A stretch of DNA of 64,000 nt from Octopus bimaculoides (lineage: Eukaryota). Under the pieces are notes generated by a model, which searched no databases, was not told where the DNA came from, and saw only the letters and a program-made list of their open reading frames with translations. This document shows positions 1 to 11,630 of this stretch, one piece after another. The position numbers were made by a program, and so were the translations under genes. Each line of letters begins with the position of its first letter. The stretch's first letter is position 1. The DNA lies in NCBI RefSeq assembly GCF_001194135.2, contig NC_068994.1:54313805-54377804 (forward strand), written 5' to 3'.

Positions 1-506
1 AAATGGAAGGCGATTGTAATGAGATGGGAATCGGAGAGCAAGAATAAGAACAAAAGAGCCTTTTGTTGCCGATCTCTGAGTGAGAGAGATCTTCTCGTAA
101 GGGAATGCGTGTTCTTCATATGCGAAAAGCACATTTCTCAGTTGGAACATAAAGTGCAGTATAGAGACTAAAAGGTGGCGGAGGTAGCGGTGGGTGTGAG
201 ATTTATGTCTCAGACAGGATTAGGATAGTTGGTTCGCGTGTTAGTAGGAATTAGAGGTAGTCTGGGTCAAAACTGCGTAAAGTGGAAGAAGAGTTGTTCA
301 GTAGACTCATTGTCTTTCTTGTATGGCTTCGTTGTTCCAAGTACATATTGGTTTTCATATTAGGAGGAAAACCGATATGCACATAAACTTATATAAATAC
401 TTATTTGTGCACACACACACATACATACAGTGTACATACATGTATACACAAATACATGCACACATAAATATACACACACATATGAATGCATGAATGTGTG
501 TATGTA

Positions 507-587
<81 letters not shown>

Positions 588-2354
588 TATACTATACTAT
601 ACACACAGTTATGTGTGAGTGTACATAGATCTTTGTGCTGTGTACCGAGAGACTTTATATATTTGAAACATCACCATCAGCAGTAGCATTTAACCATGTT
701 TCTTTGCCATGCTTCTTTGGGTTGGACGAGTCATCACGGTCCAACTAAGTTCCTATTCAGAGTTACTATCGACCTTGATAAAAATAGCAAGAACGAGATG
801 CGGCTCCGTCCTTCTACAGATAAAACACACACACACACACACAAATACATGAATTTATATGTGTGTATGTATGTATGTATATTGGTGTGCGTGTGTTTTT
901 TTTCCGGTCTATGATTGTTGGTATGCAAATACAGAAGTGTAACTGTAAGCATTATGGCGTTGTCTGTAAGCCTCCGTTAAATGTGGTGTGCTGAGCCATC
1001 CATATCTGGTTTACGTTAATACCATTACGTCTTTATTTCTTAAATACTGTTAGTGAATCTAACAGCTTATCTCTTCATTATATTAAGGTCTACACAATTG
1101 ATAACAGAATGATAGGTTTTAAATCTGGGAACATACATGTATGTGTCTATTTGTGTAAGCGTCTCCTTTCGTACGCATATTAATTTATGTGTATTGGTAA
1201 GTCTGTGTATATCTTTGAACATATATCTCTATATGTCTCTACATATGNNNNNNNNNNNNNNNNNNNNNNNNNNNNNNNNNNNNNNNNNNNNNNNNNNNNN
1301 NNNNNNNNNNNNNNNNNNNNNNNNNNNNNNNNNNNNNNNNNNNNNNNNNNNNNNNNNNNNNNNNNNNNNNNNNNNNNNNNNNNNNATGACAGCTATAGAA
1401 ATAAATCAGTTTCGTGTTGATTGATGTTGCAGGCTGTTGCATTATGTACAGTTTCTCCCCGAGGCAGTGTTGACAATTATGAAAACCACATAGAAAGATA
1501 GAAAACCCGTCAATGTTTCTCCATGTGACCTTTGAATTTGACCACAGAGTTTTCTGACGAATCGGAACTGGAAGGTAAAGTTTTGAAAAAGTGCATATAT
1601 CACGCAAACTTTCCCTTGAAATTAACGGCTGCTATTCCAGTGTCAGAGTCTTGTGATGCCATTTTATGATGAAAGGCTGGTTCTATAGACCACAGCCTTT
1701 CAGTGACTGAATCCTCAGGATTTTGGTATTTATTGCTTTGAGTATGTAATGGAGTTTGTGTGGGTGCGTGTTGCTTTCTAGTGTAGTGTGTAATGCCGGA
1801 AATGATATCCAAGCGTGAGCAGAAGCGAAAGCATCTGAATATGGATCTTAACATATAAAATATCAGCATCTTTTGTTGAAAGTATTATTCCGCTACAAAA
1901 ACGGGAAAATGCTAAGATGCACACTAAGGTTCTATCGTAAGTAATGCAAAAATGTGCATAACTTTATTAGCTGACATAGATAATCGAATTACATGTTTGA
2001 CAGAGTAACTCGTCCTCTAAACGAAAGTTTCTACTCAACAAAGTCTGCATCACAAGCGGTGCATTTACACTGTCGTTGGACCCAACTTTCGAATCGCATT
2101 TGAAAAAATTCAAATGTAAACTGTTATACCCACTTGCATACATTCACTTTCATTTTGTGCATGTCATCAACTCGTTATCCTCAAAGACAGTTCTTCATTG
2201 AACTTCCCTGAACAACTGGAAGTCGGAAGGATGACTGGTTCAAGCTGTATGGCGGATTGGGAACTTACTGACCGACATAATTTTGCTGTTTGCTTGCCAT
2301 AAATGTGTGTAGTCGCACATTGTCATGATGGATGTGGATCGTTTTCATATTCTT

Positions 2355-2497
2355 TTCTACACTCGGCACAAGGTCCGAAATATTTGGGGAGGGCGCCAGT
2401 CGATTAGATCGACACCAGTATACAACTGGTACTTAATTTATCGACCCTGAAAGGATGAAAGGCAAAGTCGACCTCGGCGGAATTTGAACTCAGAACA
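2355..2497 (-). mobile_element. 5'-truncated family A SINE with a 20-bp target-site duplication
   Basis: Contains the core ttatcgaccctgaaaggatgaaaggcaaagtcgacctcggcggaatttgaactcagaac. Flanked by identical tggatcgttttcatattctt at 2335-2354 and 2498-2517. Confidence 0.85.
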
Positions 2498-2700
2498 TGG
2501 ATCGTTTTCATATTCTTGTTCAGCCTCATCCTCTTAATGACTCCTCTAAGCTTTTTGAGTCTTTCAATGTTCCACTCGCTCTTCATAGTACAGTCACGTC
2601 CCAGAAAAGTCAAGAAGAATGACACTCTTGTCATCCCCACCCAGCAAAACAGTCATTATGATTTTGTCTGCTGATCAATTTTTAGACTTTGGAGAAAAGG

Positions 2701-3131
2701 TGTGATAATATTCCATGATCCTTCTATAGGAAAGTTGGTTATACATCATTAGATGTATACCTGACTTTCCTATATAAAATTAAGAAATATAAACGGAACG
2801 CTGAACTCCAGACTATCAACTTAAACAACATTTATTCAGGTGGTAAATATATACATCTTTAGTTCTTGTTGTTACAGCTTCTGATTGTGTGAGCATAGTT
2901 GTTGGGACGTTGTTATGTAGATGTAAGCGAGCTGTCGAGTGTAAGTCCGAAAGATGGAGAGTGACAGCTATACACGTAAAGAGACTGTCTCCAGAGTTGG
3001 GTGTTGGAGACACTTCTTGACACGTCCATGCTCTATTGCTGGCCAGCAAGAAAGAGAATGAATTGAGCGGGAACGCTTGCTTGTTTAATTCCACGCATGC
3101 GTGAGACTACGCATGCGCACGGCGTTACTAC
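2701..3131 (-). mobile_element. Solo-LTR-like 431-bp insertion inside the mariner ORF
   Basis: TG...CA termini with imperfect inverted ends (tgtgataa / ttactaca) and AATAAA on the minus strand near 2836. Mariner coding sequence resumes on both sides. No clear TSD. Confidence 0.45.
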
Positions 3132-4349
3132 ACTTCTTTTCCGTATTATAATGCTTCATTCACGTTTCATCCTCCGGCACCTGATTGGAAAATAAACGTT
3201 TACACGGGCTTCAAACGTTTCCAACAGATCAGAGCAGACTTTCACCCTACTCTCCTTCAAATCGGACATCATCTGCCCTAATACCCACTTTGCACACACT
3301 TCCCAATACTCGAAGACTTCCACCATATTCTGTAATGCATTGTGACCATTGTTCACTTGTACAGCAAACTCACAGATTGTGACTCATTTACCCACGCGAA
3401 CCAAATTGTTTTCGCTGGCGACTTGTCTCAATGGTCGCAGTTGATGGTTTGTTTGACGATCTCTCTGCGTAATCTGTTTTCAATTCTAGTTTCCGCTTCT
3501 TTAAACTTTTCCATTCCTCTGCATACTTTGCTTTTGTCAATGATTTTGTAGCAGATTTGATCCCGAATCACCGAATAGTCAAACGTCACGGTTAAGTCAT
3601 AGTTATTTTACGTGATCGGCCGAATACGTGATTCGACCTTTCAGAATCTGCCAACGAGGCCTTTATAAATAAGCAAATTTTTGTCGCTAACCCATTTATA
3701 TTCTCCAACCGTTTGCAGACACAGCGTGTCAAACTGTTGTTTGAGCAACTTCATACTCATATTTCTATTCTCCAACCGAGCAGATAGACGGTACAAGTTT
3801 GCTGTCGTGAATTTAGCGTGATATTTCTCCAGTCCTGACAGCGTAGTCACAAAGCTATACGTACCAGCTATTTATTTCATAAACTATAGAGTTTATCTCT
3901 CCCGCTGCGTATAGATCGTTACTTGTATTCATCTTTCAAAGACCAACACGGAAAATATCAAGTGCAGTAAATGAATTCCTGTTAAATGTTCGTGACTGTT
4001 GCTTATCATTCATGCGCAGCCAATAACCCAACACAACACGGCGCGACAATGTCATCTCCATTAACAACTTTGCAGCCTTCTGTGGATATTGATCTTAGCC
4101 ATAAAGGCCTGTGGATGTCGGTCAGTGTGCACTCGTCCTTAAGTCAAGAACTCAACGAGGGTATTTTGTGTCTATTTGGAACCCATTATTTGCTTGCAAT
4201 GAAGAAGAATAGGCAAAAGCGGTACTATAGGGTCAGTGTAACTCTACCAATATACGCAATTGAATGACCTTTGTCAGAATAAGATAAAGAAGTTATGCCC
4301 ACGTTTGCATTACTTTAGGTTTATACATACGTACGCACACACATACGTA

Positions 4350-4400
<51 letters not shown>

Positions 4401-5149
4401 NNNNNNNNNNNNNNNNNNNNNNNNNNNNNNNNNNNNNNNNNNNNNNNNNNNNNNNNNNNNNNNNNNNNNNNNNNNNNNNNNNNNNNNNNNNNNNNNNNNN
4501 NNNNNNNNNNNNNNNNNNNNNNNNNNNNNNNNNNNNNNNNNNNNNNNNNNNNNNNNNNNNNNNNNNNNNNNNNNNNNNNNNNNNNNNNNNNNNNNNNNNN
4601 NNNNNNNNNNNNNNNNNNNNNNNNNNNNNNNNNNNNNNNNNNNNNNNNNNNNNNNNNNNNNNNNNNNNNNNNNNNNNNNNNNNNNNNNNNNNNNNNNNNN
4701 NNNNNNNNNNNNNNNNNNNNNNNNNNNNNNNNNNNNNNNNNNNNNNNNNNNNNNNNNNNNNNNNNNNNNNNNNNNNNNNNNNNNNNNNNNNNNNNNNNNN
4801 NNNNNNNNNNNNNNNNNNNNNNNNNNNNNNNNNNNNNNNNNNNNNNNNNNNNNNNNNNNNNNNNNNNNNNNNNNNNNNNNNNNNNNNNNNNNNNNNNNNN
4901 NNNNNNNNNNNNNNNNNNNNNNNNNNNNNNNNNNNNNNNNNNNNNNNNNNNNNNNNNNNNNNNNNNNNNNNNNNNNNNNNNNNNNNNNNNNNNNNNNNNN
5001 NNNNNNNNNNNNNNNNNNNNNNNNNNNNNNNNNNNNNNNNNNNNNNNNNNNNNNNNNNNNNNNNNNNNNNNNNNNNNNNNNNNNNNNNNNNNNNNNNNNN
5101 NNNNNNNNNNNNNNNNNNNNNNNNNNNNNNNNNNNNNNNNNNNNNNNNN

Positions 5150-5203
<54 letters not shown>

Positions 5204-5984
5204 TAAAAATTTATTGCCATTGGTCGTTGCTGTCCTCATCGTCATCGTCTCTCTTATTTCCTGTCCGTCCGATGTTCTTGTCCCAGTGACACGCTGTTAA
5301 CCCTTACTTTTATATATCGTTTAGCACAGCACCGGAGTTGGTGAAACGAACTGGAGGATAAAAATACTTCCAGCTGCTGCCGCCGTTAAATCGAAATACT
5401 TGTGGCGACGCCGATGGCAACCATATTTGTTAGTTTGTTGCTTTCCGCCTGTCACGGAACACTCAAATACCCGAGTCCTCCTTAGCTGCCATCGACTTAT
5501 TAATTATTGTCTTTCGACTGCCTATAATCGTTCGCTCGTAGAAATACACACACACGCACGCACACGTACACACACACAAACGAAAACAGGCACGCAAAAG
5601 AGCATAGACAGATACACACGCAGACACGTGCACGCGCAAACACACACACACACATGTACACATACATATACACACACACACACAAACACTCACAAACACA
5701 CGCACAAACAAACACGCATAGGCAAACACGCACGCACGCGCACACATGTGCGCACGCAAACTCAAACATATATACACATACATGCACATACGCGCACATA
5801 TATACATAAATGTGTAAACACACAGGCACGCATAAGCATACACACTTACACAAACACACAAACAAACGAACACAAACATGCAAAAGAGCATAGGCAAATA
5901 CACGCGCAGACACGTGCACACACAAACACACACACACACACACACACGCACAAACAAACATGCACACATGCATACACATCTGAA

Positions 5985-6295
5985 ATATTTGGACATTGCA
6001 CGAGTGCGTGCAGAAGGTTTCCTTGTTCTGACCGCGTCTCGGGCAGGGAGGTCCGGTTTTTCTTGAACCGTGTCTGTAGACCTATCTCGAACGGGCAATG
6101 CTTCCCGATAGCAATGCCAGGCCAGGGATCTCTAGAAATTGTCCACAGGTCCTGGCTCGGAATTGGTCTTGAAGAGGCGGGTCAGGTACTCTCCGTCGAC
6201 GCCCAGAGTCAACCCAAGAACATCGTCGCCCCTCCCCTCTACTAATCTTTTATAGAACGCCCCCTCCTTGGTGGAATTGAAATTGCACAAGTTTG
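5985..6295 (-). mobile_element. Tx1/L1-clade LINE ORF2 C-terminal remnant (zf-RVT and CCHC knuckle)
   Basis: The minus strand reads LAWHCYREALPVRDR..RHG..TGPPCPRRGQNKET..HALVQCPNI across one stop and frameshifts, matching the W..LP.RDRL..G...CP.CG..ET..H.L..CP pattern. Confidence 0.7.
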
Positions 6296-6307
6296 AACCC
6301 GGATATG

Positions 6308-6345
<38 letters not shown>

Positions 6346-6384
6346 CAAACAAAGAGACAGACATGATGTCTGTGCAAGGCACTG

Positions 6385-6535
6385 TTTTCTGTGAGTGGCA
6401 TTTTATATTGTTTTGGCAACAATGTTACGCTGTATTGAGACGTAATAATATCTTGATGACATTTCGGGGCAGCCATTGATCAAATATTCAATGACCTCAT
6501 TAGGTATGTGACACTGGCGACATTTTCAAGTAGCA
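6385..6535 (-). mobile_element. R4/Dong-like (RLE-type) non-LTR retrotransposon C-terminal remnant
   Basis: The minus strand reads KCRQCHIPNEVIEYLINGCPEMSSRYYYVSIQRNIVAKTI*: a C-x2-C-x8-(H>Y)-x4-C knuckle followed by a Y..RH..VAK-like motif. Confidence 0.6.
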
Positions 6536-6718
6536 TCTTGGTAGTTTAAGGGTTACATCGTCAACGCTCTATGTACACGGACAGGTGTATGTATGTGGAA
6601 TGCAATGTAGGTATGCATGTATGGAATTATAGATATGTATATGTATATATGCCATTTATGTATGAACACACAAGTGTACATATACATACAGATATGTATA
6701 TATATGCATGCATGTATG

Positions 6719-6824
<106 letters not shown>

Positions 6825-6883
6825 TATGCATACATATATGTGTGTGTATATATGTGTATGTATATATATATGTGTGTGTGTGT

Positions 6884-6916
<33 letters not shown>

Positions 6917-6938
6917 CATACGCGCACACACACACATA

Positions 6939-7150
6939 CACGGTGCGATGGGTAAATTGTCGCCATTCTATATTTTCTATTTCGCGCATGCTCATTGTTT
7001 GTTTTAGGTTTTGTCGACTAGGGTCAGTTGGACACCGTCTGTGAGAAAAACAACACAATGACGCAATTCACTCTGCCAGAAATTTGGAAATGACATGCTG
7101 TATTGCTTGGCATTCATGCCGGATTTGGTTCTTGAATATTCACGGTATCT
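6939..7150 (+). mobile_element. 5' end of a Tc1/mariner-superfamily element (maT-like)
   Basis: TA followed by TIR-like cacggtgcgatgggtaaattgtcgcc, then a decayed N-terminus [21 protein letters not shown]. The family call rests on recall only. Confidence 0.4.
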
Positions 7151-7480
7151 TACTAACACCTGATATATTCAAATTTATTTATTTCAAAAGGAGCTGCCAT
7201 CGTATCTCCCCACTTCTGGCCTCCTACGAATTGGTGTACTTTGGTTCTTATCAATCCATATAATAAAATTATATATATATATCCAAACAAAGAAGAACAA
7301 ACAAGGAAAGACAATAACGCGAGGACGTGGTACAAGTTCAATATTATTAAACGCTCAGGAAAGGAAGGAAAGAGCTTTTAACGTTTCGAGCCAAGTTCTT
7401 CTTCAGAAATAGAGGATAATCCAACGGAAGGGAAAACGGAGGAAGAAAATTGACAACGATACACACGCGGTTATATATCT

Positions 7481-7662
7481 TCTTTTACTTGTTTCAGTCA
7501 TTTGACTGCGGCCATGCTGGAGCACCGCCTTTGATCGAGCAAATCAACCCCAGTACTTATTCTATCGTTTTCTTTTGCCGAAACGCTAAGTTACGGGGAC
7601 GCAAACACACAAGCATCGGTTTTAAGCGATGAGAGGGGGAAAACACACACACACATATACAT

Positions 7663-7697
<35 letters not shown>

Positions 7698-7860
7698 GAC
7701 GGGCTTCTATCAGTTTCCGTCTACCAAATCTACTCACAAGGCTTTTGTCGGCTCAAGGCTACAGTATAAGACACTTGTCCAAGGTGCCTTGCAGTGGGAC
7801 TGAACCCAGAATCATGTGGTTGGGAAGCAAGCTACTTATTACACAACCACTCCTGCGCCT
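7481..7860 (-). mobile_element. Full-length family B SINE (tRNA-like head, CORE-like body, internal microsatellite, 3' domain)
   Basis: Minus-strand head aggcgcaggagtggttgtgt...gggttcagtcccactgcaaggcaccttggacaagtgtc. Many homologous copies occur elsewhere in the window. Confidence 0.85.
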
Positions 7861-7911
7861 ATATGTGATGTGTGTGTGTGTGTGTGTGTGTGTGTGAGAT
7901 ATATGTGTGTG

Positions 7912-7943
<32 letters not shown>

Positions 7944-8189
7944 ATTACGTGTGTGTGCGTTCACATAGTCTGTTCAAATGTCTTCGAAACCAGGATAAGC
8001 TTCAGCCTAATGAGCTTGTAAGCTGGACAGTTTTTTAACTTCGTGAGTGTGTCTGTCTGTGATGTATATGCGTGCATGTATGGGGGGGGGGGGTCTGAAT
8101 GAGTGCGTTTGAGCGTGTCTGTATGTGTATGTACGTGTATTCGTGTCTGTACTTGCACGTGTGTGTGTTGAGTGTGTGTTTATTTGAAG

Positions 8190-8407
8190 TGAGCATCGCG
8201 TATTAAACATATTGGACGTTTCCTTGCGAGGTAATTTCATCCCCGATACACGAAATGTCACAGCGATGCAAATATCTGGTATGGATGAAATAGGCTTAAC
8301 TACAACAACAGACCATAATATTTTTTCTGACTGTTCTGAAGAAGATAAAAAAAAGAAAAAAGCAATCACTTCCTTCGGGAGTGATTACTTTGAGATCACT
8401 CCTAAAG
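8190..8407 (+). CDS. Candidate internal coding exon, product unknown
   Basis: Acceptor tttgaag| and donor AAAG|GTTAGT bound a 218-nt open frame: EHRVLNILDVSLRGNFIPDTRNVTAMQISGMDEIGLTTTTDHNIFSDCSEEDKKKKKAITSFGSDYFEITPK. The sequence is non-repetitive. No homolog recognised. Confidence 0.3.
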
Positions 8408-9168
8408 GTTAGTCACATTTCTCCCCCCCCCCCACCNNNNNNNNNNNNNNNNNNNNNNNNNNNNNNNNNNNNNNNNNNNNNNNNNNNNNNNNNNNNNNNN
8501 NNNNNNNNNNNNNNNNNNNNNNNNNNNNNNNNNNNNNNNNNNNNNNNNNNNNNNNNNNNNNNNNNNNNNNNNNNNNNNNNNNNNNNNNNNNNNNNNNNNN
8601 NNNNNNNNNNNNNNNNNNNNNNNNNNNNNNNNNNNNNNNNNNNNNNNNNNNNNNNNNNNNNNNNNNNNNNNNNNNNNNNNNNNNNNNNNNNNNNNNNNNN
8701 NNNNNNNNNNNNNNNNNNNNNNNNNNNNNNNNNNNNNNNNNNNNNNNNNNNNNNNNNNNNNNNNNNNNNNNNNNNNNNNNNNNNNNNNNNNNNNNNNNNN
8801 NNNNNNNNNNNNNNNNNNNNNNNNNNNNNNNNNNNNNNNNNNNNNNNNNNNNNNNNNNNNNNNNNNNNNNNNNNNNNNNNNNNNNNNNNNNNNNNNNNNN
8901 NNNNNNNNNNNNNNNNNNNNNNNNNNNNNNNNNNNNNNNNNNNNNNNATATATCAGCAAGGTCATGGAACAAATTATCAAAGAGAAAAATTGATCATAGT
9001 ATTTTACAGTATGGAAGATGGGACCTTTCCGTAAAAACAATACCTTGAGGTTTACGCGTTTACTGTACGCTTTTCACGATGCTTGTTTAGGAGTTATTGC
9101 TGTGGTTTTCTTCGGGTTAACTGAACTCAGAGACTTAGCTTATTACTTAGTAATTTCAAGTACTTTCT

Positions 9169-9393
9169 TATTTCTTTATTGCCTACAAGGAGCTAAACAT
9201 ATAGGGGACAAACAAAGGGATTAAGTCGATTACATCGACCTCAGTGCGCAACTGGTACTTAATTTATCGACCCCGAAAGGATGAAAGGCAAAGTCGACCT
9301 CGGCTGAATTTGAATGCAAAACGTAAAGACAGACGAAATACCGCTGAGCATTTCGCCCGTCGTGCTAGCGTTTCTGTCAGCTGGCCGCCCTTA
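9169..9393 (-). mobile_element. Near full-length family A SINE (tRNA-like head with Deu/Nin-domain-like core)
   Basis: Reverse complement of the 31311 copy over almost its whole length. Confidence 0.85.
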
Positions 9394-9879
9394 ATGGTAA
9401 CGAGAAATATTGTCTGATGATTTCGCTCAAGCATTGGAATGAACACTCCGCTGGTTTTCCCAGCAATTTTGTCTGATAACAGGTATTTAACATGATGTGC
9501 CTGTCGGGCACCGCTCGATCATGTAAATGGGATTTGGTAAGTATATTTTTTTCCCTAGAATAACATCTCCAAAATCAGAGTGTGTCTTCAACATTGCAAC
9601 GTCTAACAATGCCGCAAAATACGGCTCATACTGAGAACGAGAAATAATTTACCAAATGACATTCAAGACAGTTTCTATCCATATGGAGACAACCCAACAA
9701 AGGCAATCCTTCATTTTGACTCGCAGCTCAGCAGCCTCAACGGTAATCTTTCTTTCGTTAGCCCCAACATAATATTCTCTATCAAATTTATGTGTCCTTG
9801 ATTACACTGGCCATAGAATGAAGGATATAAATTGCAGGACTGAAAATGGTTTGTATTCTTCATCATTTACATTGGATAT

Positions 9880-10030
9880 TCAATCAAGTGTTCAACTAAT
9901 CAAACATACATTTGGTACAAGTGCATTTGGTAAATGTTTTGACAAAATTAATCGTAAGATAGCATGTCACAAGCTGTGTGATCTTGACGTGGTGGGACAA
10001 ATAGGTAAGCCGAAAAAAGAGAGGGTATCT
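9880..10030 (+). mobile_element. CR1-clade LINE reverse-transcriptase remnant
   Basis: SSVQLIKH...AFGKCFDKINRKIACHKLCDLDVVGQIGK aligns to the CR1-type RT motif SCLTQLL.H...LDFAKAFDKVDH..ICHKL.DLG..G.LG. Confidence 0.7.
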
Positions 10031-11002
10031 CTTTATTTATTGTCACTGAACCTGCTAAAAATAACAGTCAAATGTCTCCCAGTTTATAATGTACAGTCTT
10101 TTTGATACCAACATAGCTTATAGGGGAGTGACCACTTCCCCCAAGCACATATTTCAAAATTGGCGCCTTGCCAACAGTTGAGAAATGAGTTAAAAATTCT
10201 TTAGCACGTGTCATGGGGCCTTTTTTTTCTCTCTTCTTTTTGTCTGTGTTCGCTTGATTCTTTCACTAAAAAAAAAAAAAAATCGGATTTTTTTGCATGG
10301 AATCACTGACATCCTAATATGCTGCCGACTTCTTATTTTTGTTCGGAAAAATGGGCGGGTCCGTTCCTACCCCCACCCCCCATCCCGGAATCATTGGAAT
10401 TTTTTTTTTTTTTTTTTTTCGTTGAATGAATTCCCGTGACCTAATATGCTAATAAAACCCTTTTTTGGGCCCGGAAAACGGTATGAGGTGGGGTGGAACC
10501 TTTGGAAATTTCACCCCACTCCCATTTTCAAATATTTTTTGCTATTTCTTTCTCTACTCATAATTTTAGATAACGTTTTTGCAGAAACACGTTTTCGAGA
10601 GATTGTAGATTACATTAGATTGAAAATTCAAAGAAGTTTGAAATGAATAAGAGAAAATGCAGAGGTTATAGAAGTTAGTGGTGACGAAGTGTGGAGAGAT
10701 AAACGATAAATTCATCTTTAAAAAAACACGTTAGAGTTTGTGCATGTACGAGTGAGACGGAGTAAAAGTATAATACTAACAAAATATCTTTTTCCTACCT
10801 CTTAAAAATCACTGGATATAATATATGCAATAATCCTGAATAGATTTTTCTGGCTTACCAGTCCTCAGTCAAATCATTCAACCCATGCTAGAATGGAAAG
10901 TAGACGTTAAACGGTGATGATGATGCATAATGATAGATTGTTACCCATTCAATGTTTAGGTAAACTTCGTCACTCACTCACTCTCCCTCTCTCTCCTCAT
11001 AT

Positions 11003-11052
<50 letters not shown>
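11003..11052 (+). repeat. (ATC)n microsatellite
   Basis: Direct reading; it abuts the end of a family C element. Confidence 0.95.
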
Positions 11053-11055
<3 letters not shown>

Positions 11056-11059
11056 TTCA

Positions 11060-11400
11060 TGTCTGCTTTCCATGCTGGCATGGTTTGGACGGTTTGACTC
11101 AGGTCTAGAAAGCCAGGAGGTTGCACCAGGCTCCAATCTGATCTGGCAATGTTGCCACAACTGGATGCCCTTCCTAACGCCAACCATTCCAAGAGTGTAG
11201 TGGGTGCTTTTTACATGCCACCAACATAGGAGCCAGCCTTGGAGTACTGGCATTGGCCACGATTGGCTGGTGCTTTTTACATGCCACCGGCATGGGAGCC
11301 ACTTGGGGCATTGGCTACAGCTACAATATTGGTTTTACTTGACTCAACAGGTCTTCTCAAGAATATCATATCGCCCGATGCATCAGGGGTATTCTTAACA
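11060..11400 (+). mobile_element. Family C dispersed repeat (SINE or LINE-tail type)
   Basis: tttccatgctggcatggtttggacggtttgact...caccaggctccaatctgatctggc...ctggatgcccttcctaacgccaacca. Homologs at 10855, 11488, 16045, 18735, 52118, 54153, 55320, 59040 and 59560. Confidence 0.8.
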
Positions 11401-11487
11401 GGGCCAGACATGCGTGGCTGTGATCTCACTTTAGTTTCCAGGTCTTATCTATGTATATATATATATATACACTCTCGGAGCACTACA

Positions 11488-11630
11488 CTCTCAGAGTGGT
11501 TGGCATTAGGAAGGGCATCCAGCTGTAGAAACTCTGCCAGATCAGATTGGAGCCTGGTGCAGCCATCTGGTTCACCAGTACTCAGTCAAATCGTCCAACC
11601 CATGCTAGCATGGAAAGCAGACGTTAAATG
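11488..11630 (-). mobile_element. Family C repeat, inverted relative to the 11060 copy
   Basis: Reverse complement matches the 11060 and 52118 copies. Confidence 0.8.

Larger units (their letters stand above)
1925..3520 (-). mobile_element. Decayed mariner transposase gene (D,D34D type), split by two later insertions
   Basis: Minus-strand pieces appear in the correct order, read across frameshifts and stops: ...EVCAKWVLGQMMSDLKESRVKVCSDLLE and a G-D-E-T-W-like motif (3150-3345); SPKSK..SADKIIMTV..VILLDFL and ERLKKLRGVIKRMRLNKNMKTI (2500-2700); an HHDN motif, PYS..L.PSDF and a C-terminal KC.A.D.DFVE-like segment (2040-2335). Confidence 0.8.

Noticed and set aside
1-350. Possible Penelope RT N-terminal remnant on the minus strand (similar texture at 30010-30200)
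   Set aside because: There is only a vague NL…LT…L…VPT resemblance across stops and frameshifts.
5400-6245. 281-aa ORF on the + strand
   Set aside because: It is a CA-repeat tract joined to the antisense strand of the Tx1-like remnant.
9405-9480. C/D-box snoRNA-like TGATGA…CTGA
   Set aside because: The terminal stem is weak and I recognise no rRNA or snRNA guide complementarity.
9483-9760. Apparent 54-nt exon with GTAAGT donor, followed by a strong acceptor at 9558
   Set aside because: The implied intron is only 22 nt, and the downstream frame has a TGA after 24 codons.
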